A model generated the notes under the pieces. It ran no database searches. It had not been told where the DNA came from and saw nothing but the letters and a program-made list of their open reading frames with translations. Both the position numbers and the translations under genes were made by a program. Below are positions 58,517 through 64,000 of a DNA stretch of 64,000 nucleotides, in pieces. Source of the stretch: a virus; the IMG/VR virus record IMGVR_UViG_3300009180_003294, positions 2,323 to 66,322 of that record; one strand, 5' to 3'. Numbering within the stretch: position 1 is the first letter of the stretch; the number at the start of each line of letters is the position of its first letter.

Positions 58517-59675
58517 TTTAAAAACAAGCGAATATGACTTTACTAAGATTCCTTACAGTGACTTAGTTAGAGTTGGACAAAGAACAATGCTGTACCGTGA
58601 CTTGTTCACAGTAAGCTGGCTACTGGGACGTTACTGTAACTATCGATGCAGTTATTGCTGGCCTTATGCCCGCAGTGATACCAAGGATCACCGCCCCACA
58701 CCGTTGATGCTACATACAGTAGACGAGATCAAACGACAGGCTAGACAAAATGGATTTAATAGTTTCCACTTTAGTCTAAGTGGCGGCGAACCTACATTCC
58801 ATCCTGCTTACATTGACATACTTAATCATTTAAACGATGACGCAGGGAATACAAACTATACCAGCGTACACATGACCAGTAATATGAGTCGACCGATTAA
58901 ATGGTTCGAAGAAAAGTATGTGCCAGCAGTTCGTGATTTCCATCGTGCTAGTATTACTGCTAGCTGCCATTTGGAACATGTGGACACTGATAAAAAGATA
59001 GAAGAGTTTGCTGACAAGCTAGTGTTATGCCAAGAATATGATACACAAATCACAGTCAATCAAGTCATGGTACCCGAACAGTTCTATAAAATTTATGACC
59101 TGGCACTTTACTTTCATGAACGTGGTATTAATGTTACATTAAAACCGCAGAGTGATCCCACTGCTAGTCGTGTAGTGGATGGTTATACTGATGACATGTT
59201 GGAAAAACTACACAATGGAATGCCGCAACGTGCATTTACAGAAAAGAAATCTCTTAAAGCTGGTTTAGTTAAACGTCCTAAACCGACATATTTGATACAT
59301 GTTGCTGATCCAGGTTTTAAACAACAATCAGAAGTAGATGCACATTACCAAATTGAATTCATCGACAAAGACGGCAAGGCATGGTTCATGGATCAAGCGG
59401 AACGTTTCAATGCATTTAACTTTAATAATTTTAAAGATTGGGAGTGTAGTAGTGGTTATCGCAGTATTATTATTCGCGAACCAGATGGCACAATTAAAAG
59501 AAGTTATAGCTGTGCCGAAGTTCCATTGGGTCAAATTGAAACGGGATTTAAATTATACGACAAGCCTATGCCCTGCGGAAGTAAAAGTTGTGTGAGTAGT
59601 GCCGACAGTAAGATACCTAAAAGATTCCCCGGTACCAAACTTCCATTATTTCCCGGAGATACAACATTCTTATGA
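58509..59675 (+). CDS. Radical SAM protein, subfamily C
   Basis: 'SWLLGRYCNYRCSYC', 'LSGGEP' and 'WECSSG..YSC..PCGSKSCVSSADSKIPK'. Confidence 0.9.
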   Translation: MSDLKTSEYDFTKIPYSDLVRVGQRTMLYRDLFTVSWLLGRYCNYRCSYCWPYARSDTKDHRPTPLMLHTVDEIKRQARQNGFNSFHFSLSGGEPTFHPAYIDILNHLNDDAGNTNYTSVHMTSNMSRPIKWFEEKYVPAVRDFHRASITASCHLEHVDTDKKIEEFADKLVLCQEYDTQITVNQVMVPEQFYKIYDLALYFHERGINVTLKPQSDPTASRVVDGYTDDMLEKLHNGMPQRAFTEKKSLKAGLVKRPKPTYLIHVADPGFKQQSEVDAHYQIEFIDKDGKAWFMDQAERFNAFNFNNFKDWECSSGYRSIIIREPDGTIKRSYSCAEVPLGQIETGFKLYDKPMPCGSKSCVSSADSKIPKRFPGTKLPLFPGDTTFL

Positions 59676-60226
59676 AAATATTAATATCAGGTAATCCTGC
59701 TTTTGGCCTAGCAGAAGCATTAAATTTAGAATTAGTAGATTACGAACTTACGTTTGTAAGCAGAACAACACATGATTTGGATTTAACTAAAATAGAAAAT
59801 CAACAAAAATTTGCAGATATGAGTGTTGATTATGATGTAGTAATTATTAACAGTGCATTATGGAAGTTTAATCAAGTTTTGTTACTTGAAGCGGTGTATA
59901 AGAAACTCAAGACAGCCGGTAAACAAACTTTGATTATCTGTATAGGCAGCACCACGGACAGAGTAATGAAAGCTACTGATTGGTTATATAATGCTGAAAA
60001 GAAAGCATTACGTGATTATACCAATAGCTTGGGTATGACTGGTGTATGGGCAAAGAATCCCAGAGTTACATTGATTAGTCTTGGTACTTTATCTAATAAT
60101 CAAACTAAACATCCAGACAGAAAAACAATGCCAATAAGAAAAGCTGCCGAATATGTTAAATGGATACTCGAACAGCCCGCTGAGTTTCACATAAATGAAA
60201 TCAGCATAGATCCTTTACAGGCCTAA
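59672..60226 (+). CDS. Short-chain dehydrogenase/reductase-like protein
   Basis: 'ISGNPAFGLA', 'IINSA', 'IGST' and YxxxK 'YNAEK'. Paralog of 53713..54282. Confidence 0.7.
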   Translation: MKILISGNPAFGLAEALNLELVDYELTFVSRTTHDLDLTKIENQQKFADMSVDYDVVIINSALWKFNQVLLLEAVYKKLKTAGKQTLIICIGSTTDRVMKATDWLYNAEKKALRDYTNSLGMTGVWAKNPRVTLISLGTLSNNQTKHPDRKTMPIRKAAEYVKWILEQPAEFHINEISIDPLQA

Positions 60227-61099
60227 TTTTTCTTTAAACTCTTTTAATTCACGAACACCAAGCCCTGCGTCCAAACCCAGGGCTTTTTCGTCATTGCCAT
60301 ACTTGGCAATCAATGTTACCCACTTGTCCTGACTAATTAAATTCTTAACTAGATCATATTCTCCGGCACTTAGCTTAACTGAGTTAACAGCATAGTCTTC
60401 GAATGCAGAGCAGGCTTCTGGAAATAATGGCTTAACCAAGTCATACATAGCGCCAGCAAACTCTCTGATCTCCCATTGTGCATGTGGATCCATACGCAAT
60501 CGAGCCATGTGTAGAAAGTTCTTCAAGTTGGCTTTCCAATACAATTCTGTATATCCGCCTACTGGAAGCACACTTCTAGCCAACTCACGTGCAAGTCCAG
60601 AATCTTCCTTGCCCAGCAAACTTGCATATTCTTTGTATGCATTATGAAAGCTACGTTGGAAGGCATGTTGAACACTGCGCTTTTCATCAAAGCCCCACTC
60701 AGCATCTTCACGTCCCTGCTTGTTAGTTGTGCTCTGCTTTTGGATTTGTTCAAACTCAGGAATGTAAAACTCATCTGTGAGCACACTATAACGAGCACTA
60801 TATTCGTTCATGCTGGCAGTACGATGCCGTACCAGTTGCCGCATGACAAAGATAGGAAGTTTGATGTGAAACTTTACTTCACACATTTCAAATGGTGTAG
60901 TATGTTCGTGACGCATTAAGTACCGAATCAAGTTACGGTCGTCTTGAACTTGTTTTGTACCATCGCCATAGCTAACACGAGCGGCCTGCACTATTGCACT
61001 ATCACTGCCCATGTGGTCTACAAGACCTACAAAACCATGATCCAATACTGGAACATAGTTTTTGTCTGTTTCAAAATTAATTTCAGTTCTTAGTGTCAT
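60215..61099 (-). CDS. thyX: Flavin-dependent thymidylate synthase
   Basis: 'AARVSY', 'HTTPFE', ThyX motif 'RHRTASMNEYSARY' and 'HAQWEIR'. Confidence 0.96.
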   Translation of the reverse strand: MTLRTEINFETDKNYVPVLDHGFVGLVDHMGSDSAIVQAARVSYGDGTKQVQDDRNLIRYLMRHEHTTPFEMCEVKFHIKLPIFVMRQLVRHRTASMNEYSARYSVLTDEFYIPEFEQIQKQSTTNKQGREDAEWGFDEKRSVQHAFQRSFHNAYKEYASLLGKEDSGLARELARSVLPVGGYTELYWKANLKNFLHMARLRMDPHAQWEIREFAGAMYDLVKPLFPEACSAFEDYAVNSVKLSAGEYDLVKNLISQDKWVTLIAKYGNDEKALGLDAGLGVRELKEFKEKLGL

Positions 61100-61401
61100 T
61101 TTTCGTCGCCGAATTGAGTAGATAATATACCACGTACATACTTTATAACGCGATTTTTGATTTTACTGCTATCAATAAAAACCTCGATGTCTTGAATATT
61201 ATCACGCAAGTGCTCTAGACCTTGTGCTTTGAGAATTTCGCTGGCATCTTTTAAGCCTTCTAGTTCTTCCTGATTAAATTCAAGAACATCTCCAGATACA
61301 AGTTTAAGTTGAATGTGTGTTATGTATTCTATAGGAACTTCTTCCATGACAACATCTTTAAGGATTTCTTCAAAACTTCTATCCTTTTTCCTAATAGCCA
61401 T
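61096..61401 (-). CDS. Hypothetical phage protein
   Basis: 101-aa ORF with AAGGA RBS, coupled to thyX by ATGA. Confidence 0.7.
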   Translation of the reverse strand: MAIRKKDRSFEEILKDVVMEEVPIEYITHIQLKLVSGDVLEFNQEELEGLKDASEILKAQGLEHLRDNIQDIEVFIDSSKIKNRVIKYVRGILSTQFGDEK

Positions 61402-61417
61402 GGCTCGGGTTCCTTAC

Positions 61418-61999
61418 TTACTTTTTTTTGTTGTATGCTCGCTTAGGCTTCAAAGCCTCAGCAACGGGCGAGGCAGTTACCGCTGTTGGATCTAAATTGT
61501 CTGCTTCTTTAAGCAAACGTTCTGCTTCCTTGCGAAAGAAGGCAGCTTGTCCACGCATTTGATTAGCAATGTCTTTTTCATCCAATATACCTGCAGGCTT
61601 GCCTTCTGGTGCTGGCTGACTAATATCACTGCTAGTTGTTCTACCTGCTTGATCTAATTTTTGGTTAAGATCGCTGAGTAGAATTTTATGTTCTAATGTT
61701 GGCAACATCATAATTTCAGTGGTTGGATATTTCACTATCCAACCACTCTGATGACTACCTTCTAGGATAGTTCTTCCATCATGGAATTGTGTACGTTGAG
61801 CATATTTGTAGAAATCCATATCTTCTTGGGCACTATCACTTTCAACAGCGTTGATTAAGTCATCGTGATAAAGACTGGGAATATCTTCTGTTTGTATAAC
61901 AAGGCAAGAAGATGTGTCATTTGGTATTGTTCTAAATACAACAACACATTTCTTACCTGTGCTAACAACTTGCCCTACGTGTTTAGTAAACTTAGGCAT
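61418..61999 (-). CDS. Hypothetical phage protein
   Basis: 193-aa ORF with AGGA RBS and a basic C-terminal tail. Confidence 0.7.
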   Translation of the reverse strand: MPKFTKHVGQVVSTGKKCVVVFRTIPNDTSSCLVIQTEDIPSLYHDDLINAVESDSAQEDMDFYKYAQRTQFHDGRTILEGSHQSGWIVKYPTTEIMMLPTLEHKILLSDLNQKLDQAGRTTSSDISQPAPEGKPAGILDEKDIANQMRGQAAFFRKEAERLLKEADNLDPTAVTASPVAEALKPKRAYNKKK

Positions 62000-62012
62000 A
62001 GTCGATTCCTAA

Positions 62013-62243
62013 TTAGGCTTGCTCTACTGGAGCTTCTGGTGCGGCTTCAGCAGGTGCTTGACCTTCTGCGGCAGCTTGTTCTGCTTCTTGAGCAGCCTTG
62101 GCTTGTTCGTTGGCTTCTTTTAAGAATGCTCCCAAACGGTCAGCGGCTTGCCCGACTGTACCAATTTCAAAAATACTGAATGTTCCACGTTTGACAGCTA
62201 GTTCGACAGCCGCAAATAAAACGGAAAGATCGTTAATGTTCAT
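62013..62243 (-). CDS. Small hypothetical protein with Ala/Glu/Pro-rich tail
   Basis: 76 aa with AAGGAG RBS, downstream of tandem promoters. Confidence 0.7.
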   Translation of the reverse strand: MNINDLSVLFAAVELAVKRGTFSIFEIGTVGQAADRLGAFLKEANEQAKAAQEAEQAAAEGQAPAEAAPEAPVEQA

Positions 62244-62282
62244 TTAAATACTCCTTAAGGTTGATATATTATATACCTATTT

Positions 62283-62331
62283 TATTTATAGTGTATGTTC
62301 TTATTATAACACACTTCTTGCACATAGTCAA
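62283..62331 (-). promoter_or_regulatory. Tandem sigma70 promoter and T4-type late motif
   Basis: Minus strand TTGACT (62331-62326)-17 nt-TATAAT (62308-62303), then TATAAATA (62290-62283). Confidence 0.75.
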
Positions 62332-62357
62332 AAAAATAGGACCCAAAGGTCCTATTT
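62330..62357 (-). terminator. Intrinsic terminator after the vWA gene
   Basis: AAATAGGACC-CAAA-GGTCCTATTT hairpin with a T-run on the minus strand. Confidence 0.85.
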
Positions 62358-62371
62358 AAAATTTATTAAAC

Positions 62372-63568
62372 TTATACAGTTTCGTTGTCAAAAGTGTAGT
62401 GAGCAGTGACACCAAATGGTGCTTCAATTTGCTCATTGCCATGTATAACAAATAATGTGTCGCAGTAGTTTTCATCACCCCAGCTGTCATAAGGATATCC
62501 GTCTGTAAACATGATAAACTGTTTGGGCTCAATGTCGTTGTCCTTCATGTATCTCCAGCAAGCATCAAAGTCTGTGCCACCACCGCCCATTGTTTCATAT
62601 GTGGCGATGTCATCGCCGTAGTCATCGCTGAACGTTACAGGATTATATACTTCTGTGTCAAAACAGAATACATGGATTTTGTAACTATTGTACAAGTCCA
62701 TCATGCCTTTAACTTCGGACAAGAAATCCTGTGCCATTTCATTGCTGATACTACCCGACATGTCAATGGCAACTACAATATCCAATTCTTCTGCTGGCAA
62801 CATGCCGGGCAATACTGCACCGGTATGCCAAGCCTTACGGCTTGGACGCATAAAGGAATAGTTATTTTTAAGACTAGATTCCAATTGGATACGCAACAGG
62901 TCTTGCCAGCGCATCTTAGGAGCAGTAAACTGGTTAATAAGACGTTTGATACCACTTGGGACGTTACCTGCGCCTGCCGCTTGGGCACTTTGCAGTATAG
63001 CTTCCTTCATCTCGTCACGCATCTTTTTAGCAGTTTCTTCGTCTACTTTGATACCACTGGACTTGCTCTTGCCGTCACTGCCTTTACCTTCGCCTTCGCC
63101 TTCTTCACCACTACCGTCCATATGCATGTCCAAAGTAACTTGGATCTTGACAGCGTTCTTAAACAAGTCGTCATAGACTTCTTCTGTGGTCATGTCACGG
63201 AATTTAGGATCCCAAAGAATTGGCACCTTGGTAATCTTCTTACCTACGTTGTTTTGGATAAGCATGTCGTTGATAAGATAGTCACCGGCCATGTTCCATA
63301 ACTGTGGATCTCTATCTCCACGACGTCCCATGTGGTCATAGACAATGTGTCCCACTTCGTGTCCAAACAAGAACACTAGTTCTTCGTCGTCTAGACTTTC
63401 AATAAATTTCTCGCAATAGTAAAAGTGGCGACCGTCAGTGGCGGCAGTTGTCAGCCAATCACTGTTCTCTACTAGCTTCAAACGAGTTGCCAAGTTACCC
63501 CAGAACGGATGTTTAAGCAACATCTTAACACGGGCTTTTGTGAGTCTATCTTTAACTGTGAATTTCAT
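62372..63568 (-). CDS. DUF2201-type metallopeptidase-like + vWA domain protein
   Basis: 'TAATDG', HExxH 'HEVGH', 'WNMAGDYLIN', MIDAS 'AIDMSGS', 'GGGGTDF' and 'FTDG'. Confidence 0.88.
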   Translation of the reverse strand: MKFTVKDRLTKARVKMLLKHPFWGNLATRLKLVENSDWLTTAATDGRHFYYCEKFIESLDDEELVFLFGHEVGHIVYDHMGRRGDRDPQLWNMAGDYLINDMLIQNNVGKKITKVPILWDPKFRDMTTEEVYDDLFKNAVKIQVTLDMHMDGSGEEGEGEGKGSDGKSKSSGIKVDEETAKKMRDEMKEAILQSAQAAGAGNVPSGIKRLINQFTAPKMRWQDLLRIQLESSLKNNYSFMRPSRKAWHTGAVLPGMLPAEELDIVVAIDMSGSISNEMAQDFLSEVKGMMDLYNSYKIHVFCFDTEVYNPVTFSDDYGDDIATYETMGGGGTDFDACWRYMKDNDIEPKQFIMFTDGYPYDSWGDENYCDTLFVIHGNEQIEAPFGVTAHYTFDNETV

Positions 63569-63588
63569 ATTTGCTCCTGTATGTATCT

Positions 63589-63617
63589 ATTATACACTTA
63601 AACTTATTTAATGTCAA
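63589..63617 (-). promoter_or_regulatory. Sigma70-type promoter
   Basis: Minus strand TTGACA-17 nt-TATAAT, followed by an AGGAG RBS before ATG 63568. Confidence 0.85.
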
Positions 63618-63983
63618 TTAAAGACCAAATTTCAAACGACAAAGAAAAGCCGACTCTGGCTCTTTAAACCAAATGGTTTTGGCACCTAAAGGTGCATAGT
63701 AATGCAAAGGTTTGATACTCATTGATCTACACCATTTGACTATCTCGTTTCTTGTCTTGCCGTGTGTATAGTCTATCTCTGACCAAGTAGTCCTTGCATT
63801 GTCAAAATAATCAATGATTAGATCCCGTGTAAGTTCACCCGGACCAAACACACTTCTAACATAATCCATATTGCCGTAGACCAATTCCAACATTTCAGAC
63901 CGGAAAGGGGCACCCCTTTCCTTGTCTATAGTCATAGACTCCAAGTGAGCCCTGAGCACTTCTTCAATGTCAATTGCTGACAT
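63618..63983 (-). CDS. Hypothetical phage protein
   Basis: 121-aa ORF in the minus-strand block. Confidence 0.6.
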   Translation of the reverse strand: MSAIDIEEVLRAHLESMTIDKERGAPFRSEMLELVYGNMDYVRSVFGPGELTRDLIIDYFDNARTTWSEIDYTHGKTRNEIVKWCRSMSIKPLHYYAPLGAKTIWFKEPESAFLCRLKFGL

Positions 63984-64000
63984 CCACTACCAAGTGAGCA

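Noticed and set aside
28943-59675. Assigning radical-SAM genes as queE, moaA, nrdG or pqqE
   Set aside because: Lengths, auxiliary Cys patterns and missing pathway partners do not fit any single named enzyme, so no gene symbols were given.
24953-60226. Island as a host capsule/LPS locus (bacterial DNA or chimeric assembly)
   Set aside because: There are no transporters, flippases or polymerases. The island is flanked seamlessly by phage structural genes and thyX, and shares the phage TAAATA motif.
62672-63301. 209-aa plus-strand ORF
   Set aside because: It is an antisense shadow of the vWA/metallopeptidase gene.
1-64000. tRNA genes, introns/inteins, alternative genetic code
   Set aside because: No cloverleaf or intein motifs were recognised by eye and intergenic gaps are very short. 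Long ORFs are intact under the standard code. A covariance-model scan would be needed to exclude small RNAs.

Overview
This is a 64-kb segment of a large, AT-rich, contractile-tailed (T4-superfamily-like/jumbo) bacteriophage genome. 1-24.9 kb is a baseplate/tail module: putative hub, gp5/VgrG-like spike with a degenerate lysozyme domain, gp25, gp6, a 2751-aa structural protein, and fibre-type proteins, one with a 47-aa Gly/Tyr repeat. This module is interrupted by a minus-strand block (MazG-like NTP pyrophosphatase, ATP-dependent DNA ligase, small ORFs with consensus sigma70 promoters) and an HNH nuclease. 24.9-60.2 kb is an unusual ~35-kb enzyme island. It holds 11 radical-SAM genes in three subfamilies, about 9 glycosyltransferase-like genes in three paralog families, 3 SGNH-like proteins, a carbamoyltransferase, a methyltransferase-like protein, 2 QueC-like PP-loop enzymes, 2 SDRs, a nitroreductase, a 2OG-Fe(II)-like protein and a nucleotide-sugar cassette. 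Several island genes carry the same TAAATA late-promoter-like motif as the structural genes. 60.2-64 kb is a minus-strand block with thyX, hypothetical genes and a metallopeptidase-vWA protein. The leading hypothesis, which is inference, is a phage-encoded radical-SAM/glycosylation system that chemically decorates the virion, possibly the Tyr-Gly repeat fibre protein. DNA hypermodification and host-surface modification are alternatives. No tRNA, rRNA, CRISPR array or transposase was recognised. All annotations come from reading motifs by eye, with no database searches.
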